Below the pieces are notes generated by a model. It was not told the DNA's origin, made no database searches, and saw only the letters and a program-made list of their open reading frames with translations. The position numbers and the translations under genes were made by a program. Of a DNA stretch of 64,000 nucleotides, positions 37,048-46,618 are shown one piece after another. The stretch is from positions 9,940-73,939 of the forward strand of contig JBBSJI010000002.1 in NCBI GenBank assembly GCA_038257425.1, in the 5' to 3' direction. The stretch comes from Chitinophagales bacterium (GTDB lineage Bacteria; Bacteroidota; Bacteroidia; Chitinophagales; Chitinophagaceae). Within the stretch, counting starts at the first letter, position 1, and every line of letters starts with the position of its first letter.

Positions 37048-37220
37048 AAATTTTATTTTAACAGACGAAACCTTTATCAATTCCTTTAACCGTCCTGCCG
37101 GTTTTATTTCTGCAATACAGCTCTCTCATTTAAATGATAAGAATCACTTTATCAGATGAGTCATGTTTTAAAAAATAAGGCAAACAAGGCATAATTATGT
37201 GTAAGATAAAACACAGAATC

Positions 37221-39971
37221 ATGTTAAAGTTAACTAAGGCTGGAAAGTTTGTTTACTTCTTTGGTGGCGGCAAAGCCGACGGAAATGAATCAATGAAAAA
37301 TCTGCTGGGCGGCAAGGGAGCCAATCTTGCAGAAATGGCAGGCCACCCAAAACTCCGGTTACCGGTACCTCCGGGATTTACGGTTACCACCGAAGTGTGC
37401 GCCTGGTTTTATGAGAATAAAAAAACGTACCCCAAAGATTTAAAGAGCCAGGTGGAAGAATCGCTGGGTAAAATGGAAAAACTCGCCGGGAAAAAATTCG
37501 GTGACGAAAAAAATCCGTTGCTTGTATCCATTCGTTCGGGTGCCAGGCGAAGTATGCCGGGCATGATGGAAACGGTATTAAATGTTGGGCTGACTGACAA
37601 AACAATTAACGGGCTTATTGAACAAAGTGGCGATGAACGTTTTGCCTATGATGCATACAGGCGCCTGATTATGATGTACGCAGATGTAGTAATGGAGAAA
37701 GGTGCCGGCATTGAAGTAAAGAATAATAAGGGCATCCGTAAAATGATGGATGAAAAACTGGAACATATCAAACAAAAAAAAGGATATGCCAGCGATACAG
37801 ATTTAACTGTTGATGAACTGAAAGAACTGGTTAAGGATTATAAGCTGACAATCAAGAAAATTTTGGGTGCCGATTTTCCCGATGATCCCTGGAAACAAAT
37901 GTGGGGCGGCATTGGCGCTGTATTCAGCAGCTGGAATGGTAAGCGGGCTATTGAATACCGCAGGATAGAAAAGATTCCGGATGAATGGGGCACTGCCGTA
38001 AATGTGCAGTCGATGGTGTTTGGTAATATGGGCAACGACAGTTGCACAGGTGTTGCTTTTACCAGGAATCCCGGCACCGGAGAAAATAAATTTTATGGCG
38101 AATACCTGGTAAATGCACAGGGCGAAGATGTGGTGGCCGGCATCCGTACACCGGCGCCGGTGAATCAATATTCGATGAATGAACAAAGCAAACAATTCAC
38201 TTCGCTGGAAAAATTAATGCCTGCGCTTTACAAAGAATTATTCGGCTATCAGAAAAAACTGGAACAGCATTATAAAGACATGCAGGATATTGAATTTACC
38301 ATTGAAAAAGGAAAACTTTATATGCTGCAATGCCGTGTTGGTAAACGAAACGGAATTGCAGCCGTAAGGATGGCAGCAGAAATGCATAAAGAAAAACTGA
38401 TTGATGCAGAAACGGCCATCATGCGGGTTGGGCCCAATCAACTGGTTGAGTTATTGCTTCCTATGATAGACCCTGCAGCCGAACTTATTACGAAGCCCAT
38501 TGCAAAAGGATTGCCGGCCGGTCCGGGTGGTGCCAGGGGACGTGTGGTGTTTACATCTAATGATGCAGTTGAATGGGCTGCTAAAGGAGAGCAGGTAATT
38601 TTAGTTCGGGAAGAAACATCGCCTGAAGATGTGGATGGAATGCATAAGGCGCATGCCATACTTACAACCAAGGGCGGTATGACATCTCATGCCGCATTGG
38701 TAGCCCGGGGCTGGGGCAAATGCTGTATTGTTGGTTGTTCTGATATTGAGATACATGCCGACACCAAAACATTTCACACAAAGACAGGCGATATCATTAA
38801 GGAAGGCGACTGGCTTAGTTTGAATGGAACCAAAGGCCTGGTATATGAAGGTAGTATGGCATTAACGGATATTGACATGGATAAGAACCAATCGTACAAT
38901 TACCTGATGAAGCTGGTTGATAAAATAAAACAGATTGCTGTTCGAACTAATGCAGAAACTCCGCAAGATGCAGCACATGCTATGAAATTTGGTGCCGAAG
39001 GTATTGGGTTGTTCCGCACCGAACATATGTTTTATGGAGAAGGAAGTGAGCAGCCGTTATTTCTGCTGCGTAAAATGATCGTGAGTAAAACTGAGCAGGA
39101 AAGAAGGTTGGCTTTGAATGAATTATTTAAGTACGTTAAGAAAGATATTAAGGACACGATGAAAGTTATGAAGGGATATCCTGTTACCATTCGTTTACTG
39201 GATCCGCCTTTACATGAATTTGTTCCGCATGATATTGATAAACTACATCAGCTTGGAAAAGAACTGGGCATCAGCATGAGTGTATTAAGAAGAAGAGTGC
39301 TGGCTTTGCATGAAAATAATCCGATGCTTGGCCACCGTGGAGTAAGGCTGGGCATTAGTTTTCCGGAAATTACAGAAATGCAGGTTCGTGCCATACTGGA
39401 AGCGACTGCCGAAATACTCAAGACCGGAAAAAAGGCATTTCCTGAAATCATGGTTCCGGTAACCTGCACGGTAAATGAATTGATACATCAGAAAGTTATT
39501 GTGGATAGAGTATACCAGGAAGTATGTGCAAAAATGAAAATGAAAAAGATCCCATACCTGTACGGAACTATGATTGAAACACCCAGGGCAGCGCTGCGGG
39601 CTGAACTGATGGCGCAAGTTGCAGACTTCTTCAGTTATGGAACCAATGATCTTACTCAAATGAGTTTTGGATTCAGTCGTGATGATATTGGCGGTTTCTT
39701 ACCTAAATACCTTGATCTGAAAATACTTCCCTACGATCCGTTTCAAACCATTGACCAGGATGGTGTAGGGGAATTGGTAAGGGCTGGTATAAACGGAGGA
39801 CGAAAAGCCAAGCCGCATCTTAAAGTGGGTATTTGTGGTGAACATGGCGGAGATGCAGACAGCGTAAAATTCTTTCACAGGCTGGGCATGAATTATGTAA
39901 GTTGTTCTCCATTCCGTGTGCCTATTGCACGTTTAGCTGCTGCGCAGGCTGCAGTTGAAAGCAAATTATAA
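37221..39971 (+). CDS. ppdK: pyruvate, phosphate dikinase
   Basis: Phosphohistidine loop GGMTSHAALVARG, N-terminal VYFFGGGKADGN, C-terminal ICGEHGGD. I chose the start at 37221; the track ORF begins at 37197. Confidence 0.96.
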   Translation: MLKLTKAGKFVYFFGGGKADGNESMKNLLGGKGANLAEMAGHPKLRLPVPPGFTVTTEVCAWFYENKKTYPKDLKSQVEESLGKMEKLAGKKFGDEKNPLLVSIRSGARRSMPGMMETVLNVGLTDKTINGLIEQSGDERFAYDAYRRLIMMYADVVMEKGAGIEVKNNKGIRKMMDEKLEHIKQKKGYASDTDLTVDELKELVKDYKLTIKKILGADFPDDPWKQMWGGIGAVFSSWNGKRAIEYRRIEKIPDEWGTAVNVQSMVFGNMGNDSCTGVAFTRNPGTGENKFYGEYLVNAQGEDVVAGIRTPAPVNQYSMNEQSKQFTSLEKLMPALYKELFGYQKKLEQHYKDMQDIEFTIEKGKLYMLQCRVGKRNGIAAVRMAAEMHKEKLIDAETAIMRVGPNQLVELLLPMIDPAAELITKPIAKGLPAGPGGARGRVVFTSNDAVEWAAKGEQVILVREETSPEDVDGMHKAHAILTTKGGMTSHAALVARGWGKCCIVGCSDIEIHADTKTFHTKTGDIIKEGDWLSLNGTKGLVYEGSMALTDIDMDKNQSYNYLMKLVDKIKQIAVRTNAETPQDAAHAMKFGAEGIGLFRTEHMFYGEGSEQPLFLLRKMIVSKTEQERRLALNELFKYVKKDIKDTMKVMKGYPVTIRLLDPPLHEFVPHDIDKLHQLGKELGISMSVLRRRVLALHENNPMLGHRGVRLGISFPEITEMQVRAILEATAEILKTGKKAFPEIMVPVTCTVNELIHQKVIVDRVYQEVCAKMKMKKIPYLYGTMIETPRAALRAELMAQVADFFSYGTNDLTQMSFGFSRDDIGGFLPKYLDLKILPYDPFQTIDQDGVGELVRAGINGGRKAKPHLKVGICGEHGGDADSVKFFHRLGMNYVSCSPFRVPIARLAAAQAAVESKL

Positions 39972-40127
39972 AGAAGTGATTTTATAAAACCTTGATCACC
40001 CTTAACGGGCAGGCCTTGGTTATTTTCTGTGAATGAAATAAATGGCATTTGCACCTGCATTGATTGTAGTCTGAAGGCTGTTGAAAGAACCGGCCGGTGC
40101 TAACAGCTCAATAACTTTCTTGTGCAT

Positions 40128-41117
40128 TTACTTCTGGCTTTCCAATACTTTAATATAATTGGCCCTTTCGTAACCGGTAGGATCTGAAATATGCTGCTGG
40201 CTCATCACGCCTTTAAAAGAATCAATACTTTCAAATCCTTTTGTAAGCATCCATGATTCCAGCTCTTTATTCATTGTTTTTAAATAACCAATGCCATTTT
40301 TGTATAAGGCCGAAGCTGTCATAGCAACATCTGCACCGGCTAAAATGTATTTGATTACTTCAATGGAACTTTGCACACCGGTTGTGGCTGCCAGCGAAAT
40401 TGGGATACGTCCATACAGAAGTGCAATCCATAATAGTGGTAACCTGATCTCATTCGATTCACTGTATTGTAAATTATGCAGCAGTGTTAATTGGTTGATA
40501 TCAAAATCGGGCTGATAAAAGCGGTTGAATAAAACCAACGCATCGGCTTTATATTCCTGCATGCGCTTGGCCATATTACCCATGGCACTGAAATATGGAT
40601 TTAGTTTTACGGCCATCGGAATTTTAACCGTGGCTTTTACTTCGTCAATAATATTCAGGTAACGATACTCAACTGCCGAAGTTGATAAATGTACATCAGC
40701 CGGAATAAAAAAGATATTTATCTCCAGGCCATCTGCACCAGCCTGTTCCATCTGCCTTGCATAACTTATCCAGCCTTCATTGGTTATACCGTTTAAGCTG
40801 GCAATAACAGGAATGTTCACTTTTTCTTTTGCCTTACGGATTATTTCCAGGTACTGGTCCGACCCTTTGTGATAAGCATCAAGGTCAGGAAAAAAATCAC
40901 TGGCCTCTGCAAACATATTGCTGGTGCTGCTTACAATGGCTTCATACTTTGCTTCTTCTTTTTTAAGCTGCTCTTCAAACAGGGAGAATAATACAACGGC
41001 ACCTGCCCCGGAATCTTCCATCTGAACAATGTTGCCAACTTCTTCTGATAAGGTACAGGCAGAAACCACGATGGGTGATTTCAGGTTTAATCCCATGTAA
41101 GTTGTTTGTAAGTCCAT
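40128..41117 (-). CDS. dihydroorotate dehydrogenase-like (PyrD/DPD FMN-domain family) protein
   Basis: 329-aa TIM-barrel flavoprotein pattern typical of class-1 DHOD/PreA-like proteins. Last gene of the PFOR operon. Confidence 0.8.
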   Translation of the reverse strand: MDLQTTYMGLNLKSPIVVSACTLSEEVGNIVQMEDSGAGAVVLFSLFEEQLKKEEAKYEAIVSSTSNMFAEASDFFPDLDAYHKGSDQYLEIIRKAKEKVNIPVIASLNGITNEGWISYARQMEQAGADGLEINIFFIPADVHLSTSAVEYRYLNIIDEVKATVKIPMAVKLNPYFSAMGNMAKRMQEYKADALVLFNRFYQPDFDINQLTLLHNLQYSESNEIRLPLLWIALLYGRIPISLAATTGVQSSIEVIKYILAGADVAMTASALYKNGIGYLKTMNKELESWMLTKGFESIDSFKGVMSQQHISDPTGYERANYIKVLESQK

Positions 41118-41150
41118 AAAAAATAATTTTAGTTTTTAAGCAATCATTAT

Positions 41151-41216
41151 GTCAGCCTGAGTTTGTCGAAGGCGGGTTCGTTATAGTACACCGGGTTCGA
41201 CAAGCTCACCCTGACA
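41151..41216. repeat. inverted repeat GTCAGCCTGAGTTTGTCGAA ... TTCGACAAGCTCACCCTGAC
   Basis: 20-nt arms (17 Watson-Crick pairs plus 1 G-U of 20) around a 26-nt centre carrying two CGGGTTCG copies. Lies between PFOR and the PyrD-like gene. Confidence 0.8.
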
Positions 41217-41233
41217 TCTCATTATTAATTATA

Positions 41234-44200
41234 TCACGCAACCGGTGTAAAGTCGCTGGCAGTTTTTGTTGCCAGTTCTTCATAATTTTTCCAGCGCTGG
41301 TTCACCATCTCCTGTGCCAGTGTCATCAGTTCTTCTGCTTCTTCAGGATTGGTTTGCGTAAGTACTTTGTAACGCAGTTCCTTGTAAGCAAATTCTTTTA
41401 ATGGCATATTGGGCCTGGTAGAATCAAGAATAAAAGGGTTCAGTTTTTTTATTCTTAAAGCAGGATTGTACCGCATCAATGGCCAGTAGCCGCTTGCAAC
41501 CGCATTGTTCTGCTGGGTAAGCCCGTCTTTCAGGTCGTAACCATGTGCAATGCAATGGCTGTATGCCAGTATCAGCGATGGTCCATTGTAAGCTTCTGCC
41601 TCACGCATGGCCAGCATGGTTTGCTGCGGATTGGCACCAAACGCAATTCTTGCTACATATACATTACCATAAGACACGGCCTGCATGGCAAGGTCTTTTT
41701 TACCGCCACGTTTACCAGCCGATGCAAATTTTGCAGAAGCAGCCGTTGGGGTGGATTTAGAACTTTGTCCACCGGTATTGCTGTACACTTCCGTATCCAG
41801 CACCAGGATATTGATATTTTTTCCACTTGCCAAAGCATGATCCAGTCCACCGTAACCAATATCATAAGCCCAGCCATCGCCTCCCACCAGCCATACACTG
41901 CGGTGAACCAACTGTTCGCAAACAGAAAATAAATGTTGTGCAGATGCTTCGTTAATAGTTAGCAATTTCTCTTTCAGTACTTCAATTCTTTTTCGCTGTG
42001 CGGCAATTTCAGATTCCTGTAATTGCGGCGCATGAATGATTTCATCTACAAATGCATTACCGAGCTGTGGCGCCAGTTGTAACAATAAGCGATGAGCCAT
42101 AGTCAATTGATGATCGGCCGTCATACGCATGCCCAGGCCAAATTCTGCATTGTCTTCAAACAAAGAATTTGACCAGGCCGGCCCTTGTCCGGCAGCATTC
42201 ATTGTCCAGGGTGTGGTTGGTAAATTGCCGCCATAGATGGAAGAACAACCTGTTGCATTGGCAACCAACAAACGATCGCCAAATAACTGCGATAGTAATT
42301 TAATGTACGGTGTTTCGCCGCAACCGGCGCAGGCTCCGGAGAACTCGAATAACGGTTCCATAAACTGTGCACCATGCACGGTGGAGAAATTAATTTCGGA
42401 GCGGTTGTTCCAGGGAAGATCTTCAAAGAAGCTGATCTGCTTTTTTATTTTTAGCGGATCGGGTTCTTTCTCTGTCATATTGATGGCTTTAAAAGAGCGG
42501 TTTATTGGATCGGAAGCAGGGCAAGCTTCAACACATAAATTACAGCCGGTACAATCTTCGGCATAAACCTGTAACGTGTATTTGGTTTCGGGAAAGCCTC
42601 TTGAATTAATGGGTGCAGATTGAAAACCATCCGGGGCATTTTTTAAAAAACCTTCGTTGTAAAATTTAGCACGTATTACACTATGCGGACAAACAAATGC
42701 GCAGTTGCCACATTGTATGCAAAGATCAGGTTCCCACAAAGGCACCTGCTCGCTGATATTTCTTTTCTCCCATTTGGTAGTGCCGCTTGGATAGGTGCCA
42801 TCAACCGACATTTTGCTTACAGGCAATTCATCACCATGTCCCGACATCATTTTTGCGGTAACATCCTTTACAAAATCAGGTGCATCTGTACCAACAACTG
42901 CAAGCATTTCGGCAGTTGAACTGGCCGCTGCAGGAACCGGTACTTCAAATAAATTTGCCAATGTTGCATCTACTGCTTCAAAATTTTTCTCTACTACTGC
43001 CCTTCCTTTTTTGGTATAGGTTTTTTCAATGGTATGTTTAATCTGTTCAATTGCTTCTTCCTTTGGCAATACACCACTTAATGCAAAGTAACAGGTTTGC
43101 ATGATGGTGTTGATCCTGCCGTTCATACCGGTGTCTTTGGCAACCGTGTTGGCATCAATAATATATAATAAAAGTTTTTTGCTGATGATCTCCTGCTGAA
43201 CAGATCTCGGTAGTTTGTCCCAAACTTCTTCTTTATTAAAAGGACTGTTGAGTAAAAAAGTTCCGCCGGATTTTATAAAGTTCAGCATCTCTACTTTTTC
43301 GGTAAAGTTGAATTGATGGCTGGCAATAAAATCGGCTTTGCTTATAAGATATGGTGCCCTGATGGGTTTTGGGCCGAACCGCAAATGAGAAACCGTTCTG
43401 GCTCCCGATTTTTTTGAATCGTACACAAAATAACCCTGGCCATAGAGGTCGGTATTTTCGCCAATGATCTTAATGGTATTTTTATTGGCACCAACTGTGC
43501 CATCTGCACCCAAACCAAAGAACAGTGCCTGCCGCCATGCTGATTCATCCAGCGTATAGGATTCATCATACTGCAAACTGGTGTGCGTTACATCATCATT
43601 AATACCGATGGTAAAATTATTTTTGGGATGATCCTTCTTCAATTCATCGTAAACAGCTTTCACCATGGCGGGTGTAAACTCTTTGGAAGAAAGACCATAG
43701 CGGCCACCGACCATATTGGGTAGTTGTTTGATTTTACCCTGCTGCAATGCACTCACCAACGTTGATAACACATCCTGGTACATAGGTTCGCCGGAAGCGC
43801 CTGATTCTTTAGTGCGGTCTAAAACTGCAATTGATGTAACAGAAGCAGGCAATGATTTTACCAAATGCTCCAAAGAGAACGGGCGATATAAACGAACCTG
43901 CACCACACCAACCTTTTCACCCGCTGCATTCAGGGCATTAACTGTTTCAGAAACGGTTTCTCCGCCAGAGCCCATAATGATGATCACTCTTTCTGCATCT
44001 GCTGTGCCTGTATATTCAAACAGTTCATACTTTCTGCCTGTCAGTTTTTCAAAATACTTCATAACATCATCAACAATACCAACGGTGTCGTCATAAAATT
44101 TGTTAACCGTTTCCCTGCCCTGAAAATATACATCGGGGTTTTGTGCGGTTCCCCTGATAAAAGGATGATCGGGATTCAGCGCTCTTTTTCGGTGTGCAAA

Positions 44201-44809
44201 AACATATTCATCCGGTATCATTGATTTTATCTGTTCGTCAGATAAAAGTTCCAGCTTATTCACTTCATGCGAAGTGCGGAAGCCATCAAAAAAATGCATG
44301 AATGGTATCCGGGAACGCAGGGTTGCTGCCTGTGCAATCAGCGAAAAATCATGCGCCTCCTGCACACTTGCAGAGCTAAGCATAGCAAAGCCGGTTGTTC
44401 TTGCAGCCATCACATCCTGGTGATCGCCAAAGATAGAAAGGCCCTGTGCTGCCAGCGAACGGGCGGCAATATGAAATACAGTAGCGGTAAGTTCACCAGC
44501 TATCTTATACATGTTGGGCAGCATCAGCATTAAGCCCTGCGATGCTGTAAAGGTTGTTGTTAAGGCACCTGTTTGTAAGGCACCATGCACGGTACCGGCA
44601 GCTCCACCTTCACTTTGCATTTCTATTACATCAGGTACATTTCCCCAGATATTTTTGATGCCTTTGGCACTCCATTCATCTGCCAGTTCGGCCATAGTGG
44701 ATGAAGGCGTGATGGGATAGATAGCACAAATTTCATTAACCCGGTAAGCAACATAAGCCGCAGCCTCGTTTCCATCTATAGTTACAATTAATTTATTTTT
44801 ATTGGGCAT
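41234..44809 (-). CDS. nifJ: pyruvate:ferredoxin (flavodoxin) oxidoreductase
   Basis: 1191-aa single-chain PFOR with two CxxCxxCxxxCP ferredoxin motifs and a TPP-binding GDGWAYDIGYGG region. Confidence 0.96.
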   Translation of the reverse strand: MPNKNKLIVTIDGNEAAAYVAYRVNEICAIYPITPSSTMAELADEWSAKGIKNIWGNVPDVIEMQSEGGAAGTVHGALQTGALTTTFTASQGLMLMLPNMYKIAGELTATVFHIAARSLAAQGLSIFGDHQDVMAARTTGFAMLSSASVQEAHDFSLIAQAATLRSRIPFMHFFDGFRTSHEVNKLELLSDEQIKSMIPDEYVFAHRKRALNPDHPFIRGTAQNPDVYFQGRETVNKFYDDTVGIVDDVMKYFEKLTGRKYELFEYTGTADAERVIIIMGSGGETVSETVNALNAAGEKVGVVQVRLYRPFSLEHLVKSLPASVTSIAVLDRTKESGASGEPMYQDVLSTLVSALQQGKIKQLPNMVGGRYGLSSKEFTPAMVKAVYDELKKDHPKNNFTIGINDDVTHTSLQYDESYTLDESAWRQALFFGLGADGTVGANKNTIKIIGENTDLYGQGYFVYDSKKSGARTVSHLRFGPKPIRAPYLISKADFIASHQFNFTEKVEMLNFIKSGGTFLLNSPFNKEEVWDKLPRSVQQEIISKKLLLYIIDANTVAKDTGMNGRINTIMQTCYFALSGVLPKEEAIEQIKHTIEKTYTKKGRAVVEKNFEAVDATLANLFEVPVPAAASSTAEMLAVVGTDAPDFVKDVTAKMMSGHGDELPVSKMSVDGTYPSGTTKWEKRNISEQVPLWEPDLCIQCGNCAFVCPHSVIRAKFYNEGFLKNAPDGFQSAPINSRGFPETKYTLQVYAEDCTGCNLCVEACPASDPINRSFKAINMTEKEPDPLKIKKQISFFEDLPWNNRSEINFSTVHGAQFMEPLFEFSGACAGCGETPYIKLLSQLFGDRLLVANATGCSSIYGGNLPTTPWTMNAAGQGPAWSNSLFEDNAEFGLGMRMTADHQLTMAHRLLLQLAPQLGNAFVDEIIHAPQLQESEIAAQRKRIEVLKEKLLTINEASAQHLFSVCEQLVHRSVWLVGGDGWAYDIGYGGLDHALASGKNINILVLDTEVYSNTGGQSSKSTPTAASAKFASAGKRGGKKDLAMQAVSYGNVYVARIAFGANPQQTMLAMREAEAYNGPSLILAYSHCIAHGYDLKDGLTQQNNAVASGYWPLMRYNPALRIKKLNPFILDSTRPNMPLKEFAYKELRYKVLTQTNPEEAEELMTLAQEMVNQRWKNYEELATKTASDFTPVA

Positions 44810-44810
44810 T

Positions 44811-46445
44811 TTAAATTGATTTAACAGGTTCGGGAATCATTTCAATGGCATGACAGGGGCATTGCTCAAAGCAAACGCCACATCCTGTGCAGGCATCGTA
44901 ATTAAATTTGTAGCGGTTACCGGCGCCCAGTTTTATAATTGCATCTTCGGGGCATGCACCAAAACAACCATCACATTCAAAACAGTTGCCACAGCTTAAA
45001 CAACGCTGGGCTTCGTACCGGGCTTCTTTTTCTGATAAGCCGGCGTTTACTTCATTAAAATTCTGAATGGCTACCTCGGGACTGAGTTTATCCTGTTCTT
45101 TTTGCGGGGCATCTGTTTTGTACCACATGTGTAGTTTTTTGTAACTGGCTGTGGCGTGTTTCTCCCGTTTTTGAAATGCATTGCCTTTTAAAAATGCGTC
45201 AATATATTTGGCGGCTTTTTTGCCCTGGCCTATTGCAATGGTGGCACTGCGGTTTTCGCCCGGCAGCATATCGCCCCCGGCAAATATCCCTTCGTGGCCG
45301 GCCATGCGTTGCATATCAATTTTAATAGTGCCGTCTTCATTTAACACGATGCCTGTTATTGAACGCAGGAAACCTGAATCCGTTTCCTGTTTATTGGCAA
45401 CAATCAATACATCTGCATCAATGGTTTCAAATTCGTTGCAACCAACCGCTTTTGCTTTCTCCACTTTCATCTGCTCCAGCGTAATTTTATTTTTGCTGAT
45501 GCTTTTAATGCTTTTTAAAAGCTGCACATCCACTCCTTCGGCGAGTGCATCTTCTGTTTCATAATCATAAGCGGGCATTAACTTTTTATCGCCGACAAAA
45601 TATACCGTGGCTTCCGATCCAAATCTTTTTACCATCCTGGCGAGGTAGAGTGCCAGCTTACCACCGCCATAAATCACTACTTTCTTTTTTATGAAAGGAG
45701 AAGGATTTGACCTGGCTTCTTTAAAAAAGCTAAAAGCATCTGTTATGTAAACAGAATCGTCATGCTCAAAATCTTCCTGGTGAATAAGGCCTGCGCCGAT
45801 ACCCAGGTAAACGGCGTCAAAACCACCAGCTTCTTTTTCCTGCAGTATATCCTGTACCTTATGATTCAGTTCTATTTTTACTCCGGCTCTTACAATTCTA
45901 CCTACTTCAAAATCGAGTATCTCTTTTGGTAAACGATAGTCGGGAATACCGGACCACATTAAACCTCCGGCATGTTCTCCGGCTTCATATACTACAACCT
46001 CGTGCCCCATGCGGGCCATGTGATAAGCAGCAGATAAGCCTGATGGCCCAGCACCAATTACCAATACTTTTTTGCCTGTTGCATGAGCTTTAAACTGTAC
46101 TGGCCATTTTTGTCTGATGGCTTCATCGCCGATGTACCGCTCCACTGCATGAATATTTACCGTGGTATCAATATGAGTTCTGTTGCAGCCCGTTTCGCAG
46201 GGCTTTACACAAACCCGGCCCATGATGGCCGGAAAGGGATTGTCTTCCACCAGGGTTTGAAATGCTTCAAAATAATTTCCTGCCTGTGCAAAGCTCATCC
46301 ATGCCTGGATGTTTTCGCCGGCAGGGCAGGCGCTGTTGCAGGGCGGCATAAAATCAACGTACAAAGGACGTTGTTTTCTCAACGGGCCTGTACCATCAGC
46401 ATGTGCTGTAAGGTCCGCCGGTTTTGTAATGTCGGTTGTTGACAT
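44811..46445 (-). CDS. GltD-like NAD(P)H-dependent FAD/Fe-S oxidoreductase with C-terminal 2x[4Fe-4S] ferredoxin domain
   Basis: N-terminal Cys cluster (CNSACPAGE), dinucleotide fold GAGPSGLSAAY, C-terminal CLSCGNCFECDGC and CTGCGVCFEQCPC. Its stop is 1 nt from the PFOR ATG. I chose the start at 46445 (MSTTD...). Confidence 0.85.
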   Translation of the reverse strand: MSTTDITKPADLTAHADGTGPLRKQRPLYVDFMPPCNSACPAGENIQAWMSFAQAGNYFEAFQTLVEDNPFPAIMGRVCVKPCETGCNRTHIDTTVNIHAVERYIGDEAIRQKWPVQFKAHATGKKVLVIGAGPSGLSAAYHMARMGHEVVVYEAGEHAGGLMWSGIPDYRLPKEILDFEVGRIVRAGVKIELNHKVQDILQEKEAGGFDAVYLGIGAGLIHQEDFEHDDSVYITDAFSFFKEARSNPSPFIKKKVVIYGGGKLALYLARMVKRFGSEATVYFVGDKKLMPAYDYETEDALAEGVDVQLLKSIKSISKNKITLEQMKVEKAKAVGCNEFETIDADVLIVANKQETDSGFLRSITGIVLNEDGTIKIDMQRMAGHEGIFAGGDMLPGENRSATIAIGQGKKAAKYIDAFLKGNAFQKREKHATASYKKLHMWYKTDAPQKEQDKLSPEVAIQNFNEVNAGLSEKEARYEAQRCLSCGNCFECDGCFGACPEDAIIKLGAGNRYKFNYDACTGCGVCFEQCPCHAIEMIPEPVKSI

Positions 46446-46559
46446 AATATCGGGTTGATGAATAGTAGAATTGCAGACCAAATTAAAATTAAGCCCTACA
46501 TTATACATTGATTTACTTCACGGTAAGTGCTGATATAAATCATATCCGCTTTATTGCAG

Positions 46560-46597
46560 CAATAAAAAAGCTGCCGGCGTTAAAGGCCGGCAGCTTT
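46560..46597 (-). terminator. glyQS terminator
   Basis: AAAGCTGCCGGC-7 nt-GCCGGCAGCTTT, with a T-rich tail on the minus strand. Confidence 0.6.
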
Positions 46598-46618
46598 GAA
46601 AAATGTAAACGGTATATT

